NCBI GenBank assembly: GCA_964440805.1
Contig: CAYTTR010000003.1
Span: forward strand, 22,888 to 86,887
Length of the DNA stretch: 64,000 nt
Source of the DNA: an uncultured Eubacteriales bacterium
Lineage (GTDB): Bacteria; Acidobacteriota; Aminicenantia; Aminicenantales; Aminicenantaceae
Direction: 5' to 3'
This document shows positions 1 through 9,712 of this stretch, one piece after another. The position numbers and the translations under genes were made by a program. Every line of letters begins with the position of its first letter. The stretch's first letter is position 1. The notes under the pieces were generated by a model. It saw nothing but the letters and a program-made list of their open reading frames with translations. It was not told where the DNA came from and did not search any database.

Positions 1-1348
1 CCTTCATCAAGCGGATCATTTCTTCATCAGCTACCAGGCTAAAATAAGATTTTTTAACCAGGCCTATCCCATGTTCACCCGAAATATGCCCTCCCCGGTT
101 TTGGCAGTCCCGGTAAAGCTCATCTCTTATTTTATCAATTTTAGGACGCCATTCATCAGAAGAAAGAGGAGTGCCGGCTCCATCGCGGAACTTACAGCGC
201 ATGATATGAGTATGGACATTTCCGTCAGCAGCATGGCCGAAAGTAGGCAGCCAGAGGCCGTATTTTTCTGAAACTTGCTGGACTTTTTTAACATGGCCGG
301 CTATTTCGGAGCGAGGCACCACTATATCAAGAATTTCTATGGTTTCATTCTTAATGGCTTCATATATTTTGCTCCGGATTTCCAGAACCTCTCTCTGTTT
401 TGATGGACTGTCAGCCACGTAAACATCCAGGGCTCTCTTTTCCAAGCAAATTTCAGCAACTCTCTGAGAAAGATGATCTATTTCAGCCTCAGTTGAAGCA
501 TCCAGGATGATTAAAATATCAGTCTGCCCTTTTCTGGAAGGCCAGGTTTTTCTTAAAAAATCTTCTGTGATTCTTATAACATCCTTGGAGATAAACTCCA
601 CAGCCAAAGGTACTATCTTGTTTTTACTTAGAGCGGGTACAGTCTCGATGGCCTGTTCCAGGTCTGCAAAAGGAATAATTAGTGACCTGGTTAAGGGAGG
701 TACAGGCTGCAGTTGAATAATAGCCTTGGTTATAATTCCCAAGGTTCCTTCTGAACCGATTATCAGCTGGAAAAGATTATATCCGGTTGAGCTTTTCATT
801 AGCTTACCGCCGAGATTCAAAATTTTTCCTCCCGCCAGAACAACTTCCAGTCCCCTGACATAATTGCGTATAACACCATACTTGACTGCCCTGGAACCAC
901 CAGCGTTGGTGGCGATCAGTCCTCCTATCATGGCACTCTCTTCGCCTGGATGAGGAGGAAAAAAAAGCCCTGTCTCTTCTATTGCCTTATAGAACTCTGA
1001 AAGCCTCACTCCAGCTTCAACCACGGCCATTTGATTAATCTGGTCAACCTCCAGTACGCGATTCATTCTTTCTAAGGAAAGGACAATTCCTCCCTTGGAA
1101 GGAACACAGCCTCCGCATAGTCCGGTGGCTCCTCCGCGCGGAGTAACGGGAAATTTTTCCTTGACCGCCAGCTCCATAACGCGGCTCACTTCAGCTGTTG
1201 AAGCAGGCTTGACCACTACTTCGGGCAGACGGGAAATTTCTTTCAGGGAAAACTCATCATGACTGTAATCACCCATTTTTTCCGGCTCAGTGATAATATT
1301 TTCTGAACCGACAATTTCATTCAACTGGTTTAAAATAACTTGTCTCAT
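1..1348 (-). CDS. FAD-binding oxidase, glycolate oxidase GlcD / D-lactate dehydrogenase-like (C-terminus runs off window edge)
   Basis: reverse-strand translation from ATG at 1346-1348 gives MRQVILNQL...PRGGATGLCGG...GGSRAVKYG...GEHGIGLVKK; typical FAD_binding_4 plus FAD-oxidase C-terminal motifs; not in ORF track because no stop inside window. Confidence 0.75.
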   Translation of the reverse strand, partial: MRQVILNQLNEIVGSENIITEPEKMGDYSHDEFSLKEISRLPEVVVKPASTAEVSRVMELAVKEKFPVTPRGGATGLCGGCVPSKGGIVLSLERMNRVLEVDQINQMAVVEAGVRLSEFYKAIEETGLFFPPHPGEESAMIGGLIATNAGGSRAVKYGVIRNYVRGLEVVLAGGKILNLGGKLMKSSTGYNLFQLIIGSEGTLGIITKAIIQLQPVPPLTRSLIIPFADLEQAIETVPALSKNKIVPLAVEFISKDVIRITEDFLRKTWPSRKGQTDILIILDASTEAEIDHLSQRVAEICLEKRALDVYVADSPSKQREVLEIRSKIYEAIKNETIEILDIVVPRSEIAGHVKKVQQVSEKYGLWLPTFGHAADGNVHTHIMRCKFRDGAGTPLSSDEWRPKIDKIRDELYRDCQNRGGHISGEHGIGLVKKSYFSLVADEEMIRLMK

Positions 1349-1606
1349 GATGTTTATTATAACCAAAATAATTTTTTCTGCTTAAAATTAACTTTTTCGG
1401 TTCTCTTCCATTCCCAAGATTGAGTGAGACTTTTATCACCTACAACCAGCTTCACCTGATAATTCCGGGGACAGCCACTGAAGTATTATCATGAGTGATG
1501 GGGCCACCGGATGGGCCCTGTTTGGTTTTATCATTGGCGGTAAGGTCAGGACTGATAATTTCCCAGCTTTGTCCCTCATTGGTTGTCTTGAATAAAACCT
1601 GTAAAG

Positions 1607-1625
1607 AAGGGGGACGTTCCCTTTC
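1607..1625. repeat. partial copy of palindromic repeat P (GGGGGACGTTCCC hairpin) overlapping transketolase stop
   Basis: sequence aagggggacgttccctttc; same hairpin core as 8 other loci. Confidence 0.5.
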
Positions 1626-3447
1626 ATAAAAGATTTTTGACTGCCTTTTTAATATGAATGGCTGAGATACCGTAATGTTCCATCAATTCTTGAGGTTTTG
1701 CCGAACGGGGAATTCCGGAAACAGCCAGGTGAACAAGCGTTACTTTTCCAGTCAAAGCTGAAGCAACAGCTTCTCCCAGGCCTCCGGCGGGATAATGATC
1801 TTCCACCACAACCACCCGGCCCCCAGCTTCATTTGCTTCTTTTCTTAGGGTTTCAACATCCAGGGGCTGCACAGAATAAGCATCTATAACGCAAATTGAA
1901 ATATCTTCTTTCTGGAGCTCCTCATATGCCTTGAGAGCCTCGAAAACAGTGATTCCGGCTCCTACCACCACAGCTTGGTCTTGAGAACTTTTTTTGAGGA
2001 CTTTGCAACCACCGATAGGAAATTTTTCTTTTCTGTCATAAAGCAGAGGGGTAGCTGGGCGGGTTGTTCTAAGGTAAGCCATTCCTTTATATCTGGCCAT
2101 TGATTCAAGACAGCCCTCAGCCGAATAGCCATCACTGGGATAGAGAACAACACAGCCAGGAACCGAGCGGAACATGGCCAGGTCTTCCAGCCCCATCTGG
2201 GAAGGCCCATCTTCGCCTATACTTGTGCCTGCATGTGAGCCCACAAATTTCAGGGAAGCAAAAGAATAAGCAGACATCCGTATCTGGTCATGAGCCCTGG
2301 TTAGAAAAGCAGCAAAAGATGCCATAAAAGGAAGAAATCTTTTGGTTGCCAGACCTAATCCAATTCCGGCCATGTTTTGTTCGGCAATATAACACTGGAT
2401 GGCTCTCTCCGGGAAAGACTCAAAAAAATCTTCAGCATAGGTGGAATTCTTGACATCTCCGTCCAGAGCAACCACATTCTGGTTGATTTTTCCTAATTTA
2501 ACCAGGGCATTCCCGTAGGCTTTTCTGGTAGCAACTTTATCCTTATAATCAGTGCGGGGAAAGCGAAAACCATTCTTTTTCAATGGAGCCTGGAAGGGAC
2601 TGGGTTTCGTTAAAATCTTTCTGGCATCAATTTCCGGAAGCGGACCCAGCTCATTGAGAGCTCTTTCCAATTCTTCCTGCTTAAGCGGTTTTCCGTGCCA
2701 GCCCTGTTTTCCTTCCAGGAAGGAGACCCCCTTACCCTTTATGGTTCTGGCTATAATGGCTACCGGTTTACCTGATTTTCTGGCCATCTTAAAAATTGAA
2801 AGGATCTCCGGGATATTATGACCATCAACAGAAAAGGTCTCCCAGCCAAAGGCCTGAAATTTTATTTGATAAGCTTTAAGGTCATGACCATGCATTGTTT
2901 CATCTGATTGCCCCAGCCTGTTCACATCCACTATAGCCCAGAGATTCGAAAGCTTCCTTTCCCTGGCAGTATTGGCTGCTTCCCAGACAGCTCCTTCAGC
3001 ACATTCACCATCTCCCATAAGGACAAATGTCCTGGAGGGACTGCCTCTGAGCTTAGCTCCCAGAGCCATGCCCACTCCAACCGAGAGTCCCTGGCCCAAA
3101 GAACCTGTGGCTACCTTGATCCATTTCATTCGGGGAGTTGGATGGCCTTCCAGAACACTGGAAATTTTTCTCAGGTTCATCAGATTCTGGTGAGAAATAA
3201 TTCCAGCTTCTACATAGGCTGCCCAGATAATAGGGGCAGCATGGCCCTTGGAAAGAACCAGCTCATCATTGGCCAGTTCATCCGGATTTTGAGGATTAAA
3301 GGCCATCTCATCAAAAAACAAACAGGCTAATAGATCGGCTGCCGACAGGCAGGTAGTGGGATGTCCGGAGCCTGCATTGGTGGTGGCAATCAAGGAAAAA
3401 ATACGCAATCTCTTAGCCACAGATTCAAGGGCATTTTCTTTTTTCAT
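1624..3447 (-). CDS. tkt: transketolase (full-length fused N/C form)
   Basis: 607 aa; GHPTTCLSAADL..., TPP and pyrimidine-binding domain motifs, GDGECAEG; SD GAGGAGG upstream. Confidence 0.9.
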   Translation of the reverse strand: MKKENALESVAKRLRIFSLIATTNAGSGHPTTCLSAADLLACLFFDEMAFNPQNPDELANDELVLSKGHAAPIIWAAYVEAGIISHQNLMNLRKISSVLEGHPTPRMKWIKVATGSLGQGLSVGVGMALGAKLRGSPSRTFVLMGDGECAEGAVWEAANTARERKLSNLWAIVDVNRLGQSDETMHGHDLKAYQIKFQAFGWETFSVDGHNIPEILSIFKMARKSGKPVAIIARTIKGKGVSFLEGKQGWHGKPLKQEELERALNELGPLPEIDARKILTKPSPFQAPLKKNGFRFPRTDYKDKVATRKAYGNALVKLGKINQNVVALDGDVKNSTYAEDFFESFPERAIQCYIAEQNMAGIGLGLATKRFLPFMASFAAFLTRAHDQIRMSAYSFASLKFVGSHAGTSIGEDGPSQMGLEDLAMFRSVPGCVVLYPSDGYSAEGCLESMARYKGMAYLRTTRPATPLLYDRKEKFPIGGCKVLKKSSQDQAVVVGAGITVFEALKAYEELQKEDISICVIDAYSVQPLDVETLRKEANEAGGRVVVVEDHYPAGGLGEAVASALTGKVTLVHLAVSGIPRSAKPQELMEHYGISAIHIKKAVKNLL

Positions 3448-3643
3448 GGAAATGAGTCCTCCTCGGATTTTCTTTATGTGGGCGGTTATGGATTTTCTCC
3501 ATTAAATCCTCTTCCTGAGGCGGAAAGATTACCATTATAATTTCTTTGCCCTCATACCACAACCAAAAACTTAATGAAGTAATTATCTTCAAAAATGTGA
3601 AGAGAGGTAAATAATTTCCATCAGGGAAATAGAGATGCTTCTC

Positions 3644-4290
3644 TCAATGAAGCTTAAGTTCATACCAAATACCTGTTTCCTTATCCTTGAAATCAAGCGA
3701 ACGATAAAGCCTCACCGCTGGCCTATTCTCTTCATCAACAGTTAACTCCACCCTGGTTGCTCCCCGTTCGGCCCATCCAATCAGGCTTTCGATAAGAATA
3801 ATTCTACCCCATCCCTTTCCTCTCCAACAAGGAAGGACTCCAAACATGTGAATTCTTCCAGCACTATCGCAGCCAGAATTTAGTCGTTGTGGCCACACAT
3901 AGCCAATATTTTCCCCGGCTACACTCAGCTTAAGTATATCTTCAAGCCGGCTTTCTGTAAGTCTAAGGTAGTAGCAGATTTCCTCGGGAGTGTTGAGACA
4001 AAATCCCCAGGTTCCCCTGAAAATTTCATTTTGAAGCAGGCAAAAGCCACGGTATTTCCATTACGAAAGGCCAGTAAAATATCTTTCTCCGGGAAAAGGC
4101 CGGGGCGAGAAAGCCGGACTTCCACTTCTTCCAGACTCCCCTCAATCTTTTTGCCCTGCTTTTCTTTAAATAATCTGTAAATATTTTCAAGCTCGGGAAT
4201 TTCTTTCATGGTGAATCCTCTATAAGAGAAAAAAGGTGGACGAGAATAAAGAGGCTTTTTTTTCATTGAAGAAAATTGTAACAGAGGCAA
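3644..4290 (-). pseudogene. GNAT family N-acetyltransferase split by a frameshift (N-terminal piece 3925-4290, C-terminal piece 3644-3898 in a different frame)
   Basis: N piece has GNAT beta-strand region ILLAFRNGNTVAFACF; C piece has motif A VLPCWRGKGWGRIIL; the pieces are 26 nt apart in different frames. Confidence 0.45.
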
Positions 4291-4396
4291 AAATTATATA
4301 CAATTCAGTTTTTTATCGGGGAAATAGAGTGGCCACCCCCTCCGGGTTTGCCACAGATTCTGGTGACCAATCCTATCCCTTCCCCTCATAGCTGTT

Positions 4397-5146
4397 TTGG
4401 AAATGCCTCCTTCATCTGGTAAGATATTAAGGAGAAGAATTATGGAGCATCAAACCGTTGATATTTTAGTCATTTCCCCTCACCCTGATGACGCCGAGTT
4501 TGGGGCAGCAGGCACAGTAGCCAAACTAATTGGAGAAGGGAAAAAAGCAGCCTATGTAATCTGCACCAGTGGGGAAAAAGGCACAGATGACATCAATTTA
4601 AAGCCTGAGAATTTTTCCCGCATCCGGGAGGAAGAGCAAAAGCAAGCCTGCTCGGTTCTTGGAGTGGAAAAAGTAGTTTTTCTTCGCTATCCTGACCAGG
4701 GTTTGGAAGATACTCCCCAATTCCGTAAGGATCTTGTCCGCCAAATTCGACGTTTCAAACCCAGAGTTGTTATAACTTCAGATCCTTACCGCCGCTACAT
4801 CTGGCACCGTGATCACCGGATTACTGGACGGGCAGCCCTGGACGCAGTTTTCCCTTACAGCAGGGATATCTGGGCTTATCCTGATCTTCTCAGGGAAGGG
4901 CTTGATCCTCATAAAGTCAAAGAAGTATGGCTCTGGGCACCTGAACCAGATGATATTAATTTTCGTTCGGATATAACATCCACCTTTAAAGTAAAAATAA
5001 AGGCACTCCGCTGCCATAAAAGCCAGATAAAGCAACATGTCACAAAGGAAATAGAAAAATGGCTTTGCCAGAGAGCCAGAGATGCAGCTCAAGGTGAAAA
5101 CTTCAAGCTTGCAGAAGCATTTCACCGAGTGGAAGCCTGGTTTTAA
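4397..5146 (+). CDS. PIG-L / LmbE family N-acetylglucosaminyl deacetylase (start may be the internal ATG at 4442)
   Basis: VISPHPDDAEFGAAGT signature of LmbE-like deacetylases (MshB/BshB family). Confidence 0.8.
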   Translation: MEMPPSSGKILRRRIMEHQTVDILVISPHPDDAEFGAAGTVAKLIGEGKKAAYVICTSGEKGTDDINLKPENFSRIREEEQKQACSVLGVEKVVFLRYPDQGLEDTPQFRKDLVRQIRRFKPRVVITSDPYRRYIWHRDHRITGRAALDAVFPYSRDIWAYPDLLREGLDPHKVKEVWLWAPEPDDINFRSDITSTFKVKIKALRCHKSQIKQHVTKEIEKWLCQRARDAAQGENFKLAEAFHRVEAWF

Positions 5147-6380
5147 GCTGGCTTTCTTTTTGCTTCACATCCCTGTAAAAATCCATGATTTCTTCCGCGG
5201 TTTTCTTCCAGTCAAATCTCTTCACAGTATCTTTCCTGATAATTTCTGGATTCCAGAGAGTTTTAGTCTTTTCAGGAAAAGAGACAAGAACCCTGGCCAG
5301 CGATTCTGGATTTCCGGGAGTAAAATAAAAACCGTTTTTTCCTGGTTTGACAATACTCTTAAGGCCTCCGGTTCTGGAAGCAATAACCGGGGTTCCGCAG
5401 GCTAAAGCTTCTCCCGCAACCAGGCCAAAAGATTCATAATAACTGGGAACAATAAGAGCATCAACGGATGAATAATATTTATTAAGCCCGACTTGTTTTA
5501 TTGAACCAAGAAAAGAAACGTTATTTTCCAAACCTTCCATAAAAACAAACTGCCTTAATGACTTAACTTCCGGATTTTTCTGGAGTTCATCATCCACCCT
5601 GCCTCCTCCCACTACCAGCAGTTTCATCAGCCGAAGTTTATCAGGATGATACCTTTTAAGCAGAGACAAAGCTTCCAGGACTGTACGAAGCCCCTTGACA
5701 GGCTCAATACGTCCAACATAAAGAAAAGTGATGTCACCAGCTTTCTGTGAATTTATTAAAGAAACCGCTTTTACTGGCAGAAAAAGCCTGTGGTTAATAC
5801 CAGGATAAACCACCCTGGCTTTGCTACAAGGAATGCCCAGAAATTTTTCCAGGGCTTTTTTTTCTTCCCCGCAATTGCAAACAATTCCATCTGAACTAAA
5901 AGCCAGTCCCTGCTCTGAGCTTACCCTTGATGGGTGCTCACTTTCCAGGAGGGTCTCTTTTTTAAGTAAAGCCATGGTATGGTAGGAATGGAACAGAATC
6001 CCTCCGAATTTTTGCCTAAGCTTCTCCCCTACCAAACCTGAAAGCCAGTAGTGCGAGTGGATGATATCATAGTGGAAGCCTTCAGCTTCAATAAAGCTCT
6101 CTGCTTCCTTGGTAAAATGAGGAATATACTTCAAAAGGATTTTTCTATCTACCGGAAATTCAGGCCCGTCTTTGAGATGAATTAACCGGATATCAGGCGC
6201 CACTTCTTTTATTTTTTTCAAGGAAGGCATTTGTCTTCTGGTAAGGATATCAATTTTTGCTCCGCAACAATTACTCAAAGCCTGGCTGAGTTCCCTTAAA
6301 TAAACACTCATTCCTCCTGTGCCTTCGCTTCCCAGGAGAGAATATGGACAGCTGTGATAACTTAAAAAACAGATTCTCAT
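5103..6380 (-). CDS. GT4 family glycosyltransferase (MshA/BshA-like retaining glycosyltransferase)
   Basis: 425 aa, N-terminal GT4 fold, C-terminal E-x7-E-like region VPSYYESFGLVAGEALACGTPVIASRTGG; its 3' end converges on and overlaps the deacetylase by 44 nt. Confidence 0.8.
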   Translation of the reverse strand: MRICFLSYHSCPYSLLGSEGTGGMSVYLRELSQALSNCCGAKIDILTRRQMPSLKKIKEVAPDIRLIHLKDGPEFPVDRKILLKYIPHFTKEAESFIEAEGFHYDIIHSHYWLSGLVGEKLRQKFGGILFHSYHTMALLKKETLLESEHPSRVSSEQGLAFSSDGIVCNCGEEKKALEKFLGIPCSKARVVYPGINHRLFLPVKAVSLINSQKAGDITFLYVGRIEPVKGLRTVLEALSLLKRYHPDKLRLMKLLVVGGGRVDDELQKNPEVKSLRQFVFMEGLENNVSFLGSIKQVGLNKYYSSVDALIVPSYYESFGLVAGEALACGTPVIASRTGGLKSIVKPGKNGFYFTPGNPESLARVLVSFPEKTKTLWNPEIIRKDTVKRFDWKKTAEEIMDFYRDVKQKESQLKTRLPLGEMLLQA

Positions 6381-6384
6381 GAAT

Positions 6385-7383
6385 TCAATCTCCAGAAATC
6401 AAAGTGAGGTTATATGTTCTATCAGATTTTGGAGAGAAGGAGATTTTATACTTTTCTTGTCCTCTAAGAAAATCCACAATTTTAACCTTCCTTTCCACAG
6501 CCCGCCGGATTGCCTCCTGAAATAAATAAATGCCCGGGCTGAGAGAAGAAAATTCCCGGTCATAGGCAACATTGTATAGAGAAAGGGTGTCGTCATAAAG
6601 AAACTGAATCAAGTAAGCAATGGGCCTTTCTCCATTAAATAATTTAAGCAGCTCCAGCTTTCCCCAACCGGTCAGTCTAAAGGACATATTACTGAAAAAT
6701 TCTATCATTCCTTTTTTTCCCCAGAATTTTTCTCTTTCTGGTGTCCCGGACCGGTGGAGTTTTATGAAACAGCCAATCTCCTTCTTAATTCTTTCAGGTT
6801 CATTAATTTTCTCAACAACAAGGCTGCTTAGCGATTCTAAGCGCCTGGATTTCCGCCTTAACTCGTGGCGGCTTTTCCGGCTTAAGCGGGAAAGAAACTC
6901 TTCAAAACTTGAAGGAACTTCCAACCTGAGAACAGTTTCTGAAGGAGAAACATTCACCCGGAAACCGGTTTCGACCGCCAGGTCAGGCAGAAGCAGATAA
7001 GTGGAAGAATCAGAAGGGATATTTATTAATTGGACAGCCTCGATCTCTTCCCTTGCAGTTTTAAGATACCTGAGAAAACTCACTAAAATCTCTTTTTCCT
7101 TTCCTTTTGCAGCGATAAAATCGCAATAGTCGCTCACTTTAGAAGATGCCAGAAAGTAAAGTCTTTTATTTTTTATACTCAGCGGGACAATTCCTTGGAG
7201 GTTGTTGTTTTTATAAAAAACAAGAATCTTCAACAAACTTCTATCATGGAAAGCCTCCCACCAGGAAAAAAACCAGTGGTGAGTGAGAAATATCGACGGC
7301 CGGCCGCTTGCCTCTACAAGATTGTTCCAGTCTTTCTCTAATAACTTAAATTCTTCAATGGTGTTTATACATTTTAATTTCAT
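6385..7383 (-). CDS. FemAB / CelD-like (Acetyltransf_6, GNAT-fold) protein
   Basis: 332 aa with LTHHWFFSWWEAF N-terminal motif typical of BioF2/CelD-like GNAT-fold proteins; commonly sits next to GT4 and PIG-L genes. Confidence 0.55.
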   Translation of the reverse strand: MKLKCINTIEEFKLLEKDWNNLVEASGRPSIFLTHHWFFSWWEAFHDRSLLKILVFYKNNNLQGIVPLSIKNKRLYFLASSKVSDYCDFIAAKGKEKEILVSFLRYLKTAREEIEAVQLINIPSDSSTYLLLPDLAVETGFRVNVSPSETVLRLEVPSSFEEFLSRLSRKSRHELRRKSRRLESLSSLVVEKINEPERIKKEIGCFIKLHRSGTPEREKFWGKKGMIEFFSNMSFRLTGWGKLELLKLFNGERPIAYLIQFLYDDTLSLYNVAYDREFSSLSPGIYLFQEAIRRAVERKVKIVDFLRGQEKYKISFSPKSDRTYNLTLISGD

Positions 7384-7546
7384 GAGAATTCATTCTATAA
7401 CAAATATGGGTACTACCGAAAACAGGGGATGTTAAATTTTAAAGAGTAAAGAGAAGTGTTGATATGTTTATCTATTTTCCAACTAATTTCCCATGGCCGC
7501 TTTGTCACCCTCGATGGATGAAAATTCTCCTTTGTCATTCCTTCAG

Positions 7547-7617
7547 ATGGCGGTTGCTTTTCTCGCCCGTCTCGCAATATCAAGTCCAGATAAACCGGGC
7601 AGACCAGATAGACTAAA
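7547..7617. repeat. composite intergenic repeat (GAG-box and 9-mer array, reverse orientation)
   Basis: cttttctcgcccgtctcgc plus ccagataaaccgggcagaccagatagactaaatagaccgaat; homologous to loci at 17231, 21231, 31870, 41981, 44015, 54691. Confidence 0.6.
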
Positions 7618-7647
7618 TAGACCGAATTGACGGAAAAGAAGAGAAGT

Positions 7648-7719
7648 GCGCCTGGCAGGATTCGAACCTGCGGCCTTCGGATCCGGAGTCCGACGCTCTA
7701 TCCCCTGAGCTACAGGCGC
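7648..7719 (-). tRNA. tRNA-Arg (anticodon CCG)
   Basis: reverse complement GCGCCTGTAGCTCAGGGGATAGAGCGTCGGACTCCGGATCCGAAGGCCGCAGGTTCGAATCCTGCCAGGCGCA folds as a cloverleaf; anticodon loop CTCCGGA; no encoded CCA. Confidence 0.85.
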
Positions 7720-7776
7720 TCAGTTTCAAGATTATTAATTTATCTTAAACCAACCTAAAAAACAACTCCCTTGATG

Positions 7777-7800
7777 GAGGGGGACGTTCCCCCTTTTACC
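7777..7800. repeat. palindromic repeat P copy (GGGGGACGTTCCCCC followed by TTTT)
   Basis: ggagggggacgttcccccttttacc. Confidence 0.6.
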
Positions 7801-7881
7801 TGAATTTCCTTTTATGTTATAAAGAAATGTGTTCAAATATTTATTTTCTGTCTTCATTTTATCATTTGAAGGGAGTTATTC

Positions 7882-8970
7882 ATGGCCAAATTCGAGGGTG
7901 TTAAGTGGGCATCCAAGCAAATGTGCTATCTTCTGACTGAAAGAAACTTCGGTCTTTTCGAGGCCGATGCCCGGGTTTTTGCTGTCTCCCGTTCTATTCA
8001 TTACGGCCAATTTCTGGCCTTTGAAGGAATCCGTTTCTTCTGCAAAAAAGATCAGAAAGGCCAATTAAATGTAATCTTTCTCAACTGGCATGATAACTTC
8101 GAACGGTTGAGAAGGGGGATAGCTTTCAACCTGTCCAGGGAACAACAGAAATTAGTGCCCAGTATAGATGAGCTGGAAAATCTTTTTATCCATCATTATT
8201 TTAAAAATCCTGAAATGAGACAATTTCTGTCCACTATGGCCGATGATAACGCCCAGGGTTACCTCCGTCCTTTCACTGTAGATGAAGAACAGTCCATTGG
8301 CGTTACCTTCCCGGGCAAACCCTCTATCCGGGCCGTAGCCTGCAGTTATGACCGCTACCTGGGTGAACCATTTTCAGGAGTGGTGGTTCCCAATCTGGTA
8401 AGGGCTGTTGGAGCCAACGGCACCGGCTGCCTGAAACTGGGAGTTAATTATCTGATGAGTGTTAAGGCCATTGATGATGCCAGAAAGATTTATCCGGAAG
8501 CCGCCTCAGCTCTTTTCCTCGATGACCAAACCCATCTTCCATTGGAAAAAAGACATGTCACCGAATGGGACTCATCCTGCTGCCTTTTTGCTTACGAAGA
8601 CGGCACTGTGATCAAAATTCCCGAAAGCAACCTTATCCTTCCCTCTGTTACTATTAAAGGCATAACCTCCATTCTCAAAGAAAATGGAATAAAAGTGGTG
8701 AAAAGAAATATTACTTATGGAGAACTCCTTGATTCAGTAAAGTTAAAAGACCTGGCCGTTGTCTGCAGCGTGGGAACTGCCGGAATCCTCAGCCGCTGCC
8801 AAAAGTTAATTCTGGTCGATACTAAGGGAAAAATTCTGGACACCTATTTTATTAACCGGGAAAACCCTGTTTATAAGAAACTGGGAGAAGCCAGAAAACG
8901 CTATTGGGAACTCTATCAAGAGAAATCTCCTCTTCCCGCAGGAATGAAGCTTTATAAATATATTCTTTAG
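7882..8970 (+). CDS. ilvE: branched-chain amino acid aminotransferase (class IV, fold-type IV PLP enzyme)
   Basis: SRSIHYGQFLAFEGIRFF matches the IlvE HYGTSVFEGIR motif; GANGTGCLKLGVNYLMSVKA contains the catalytic Lys region. Confidence 0.7.
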   Translation: MAKFEGVKWASKQMCYLLTERNFGLFEADARVFAVSRSIHYGQFLAFEGIRFFCKKDQKGQLNVIFLNWHDNFERLRRGIAFNLSREQQKLVPSIDELENLFIHHYFKNPEMRQFLSTMADDNAQGYLRPFTVDEEQSIGVTFPGKPSIRAVACSYDRYLGEPFSGVVVPNLVRAVGANGTGCLKLGVNYLMSVKAIDDARKIYPEAASALFLDDQTHLPLEKRHVTEWDSSCCLFAYEDGTVIKIPESNLILPSVTIKGITSILKENGIKVVKRNITYGELLDSVKLKDLAVVCSVGTAGILSRCQKLILVDTKGKILDTYFINRENPVYKKLGEARKRYWELYQEKSPLPAGMKLYKYIL

Positions 8971-8986
8971 CCAGAGTTTTTCTGGT

Positions 8987-9688
8987 TTATCCGGCCATAA
9001 GAAGGGTGCGAGGGTCGAGCCTTATGGAAAGTTTTCCAGCGGGTGGGAATGTATGATCCTTAACCACTGTCAAACCAACAGCCTGGTCTTTAAACTTCAG
9101 AGTAATTAATATATCCACCATATTCCAGTACTTCTTCAAAGCAAAAGGAACGCCTTTTTCATCAAAGAGATTTTCCCCTTCCTTGAGAGAGGCGCTGAAC
9201 CATATTTCCAAACCCAGCCTGTTAGCAAAATCCTTAAACCGGACAAAATCATCTACTTCCGAAACATAGAAATCATACCCGTCAACAATTATTGTACGGG
9301 CGGAGAAATTTCCAAAACTAATCATGGCTTCAACACTTTTTAAAACCTGCTCTGTCCGGGCAGCATCCTGTTTGAAATTCATAATAACCCTGTTTTTAAA
9401 GAGTTCATTCTGGACTTCTGCTGCTTTTTTTAGCTCGCTTTTTCTGGCTATCTCTTTGAATATATCCTCATACCAGTTGATAATGTAATCCACCCGGCTG
9501 GAATATGAGACATGGATAACCGGTTTTTTCTGAAAGAGTCTGTCTGTCGCCAACTGGACTAAGCAGGCTGTCTTTCCCACTCCTTTGCGGGAAGCAAAAA
9601 TCCCTATGTGGCCAGGCCCCATTCCACCCTGGATCGACTTTTCCAGTAGGCGGAGAGGACTCCTCAGAATGAGTTCTTCATCGATCAT
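8987..9688 (-). CDS. single-domain KaiC/RecA-superfamily ATPase
   Basis: 233 aa; Walker A-like SRKGVGKTACLVQ; Walker B-like IIVDGYD; 24 nt downstream of EF-G paralog on same strand. Confidence 0.55.
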   Translation of the reverse strand: MIDEELILRSPLRLLEKSIQGGMGPGHIGIFASRKGVGKTACLVQLATDRLFQKKPVIHVSYSSRVDYIINWYEDIFKEIARKSELKKAAEVQNELFKNRVIMNFKQDAARTEQVLKSVEAMISFGNFSARTIIVDGYDFYVSEVDDFVRFKDFANRLGLEIWFSASLKEGENLFDEKGVPFALKKYWNMVDILITLKFKDQAVGLTVVKDHTFPPAGKLSIRLDPRTLLMAG

Positions 9689-9712
9689 AATATCCCTCCT
9701 CTTAGACCTGGG

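Noticed and set aside
2908-3330. Antisense ORFs nested inside larger genes, for example 2908-3330, 4778-5125, 10103-10483, 11046-11357, 14902-15171, 27445-27849, 30430-30822, 48756-49433, 59429-59803
   Set aside because: Each is fully contained within a longer, domain-supported CDS on the opposite strand or another frame, and has no recognisable motifs. These are typical shadow ORFs.
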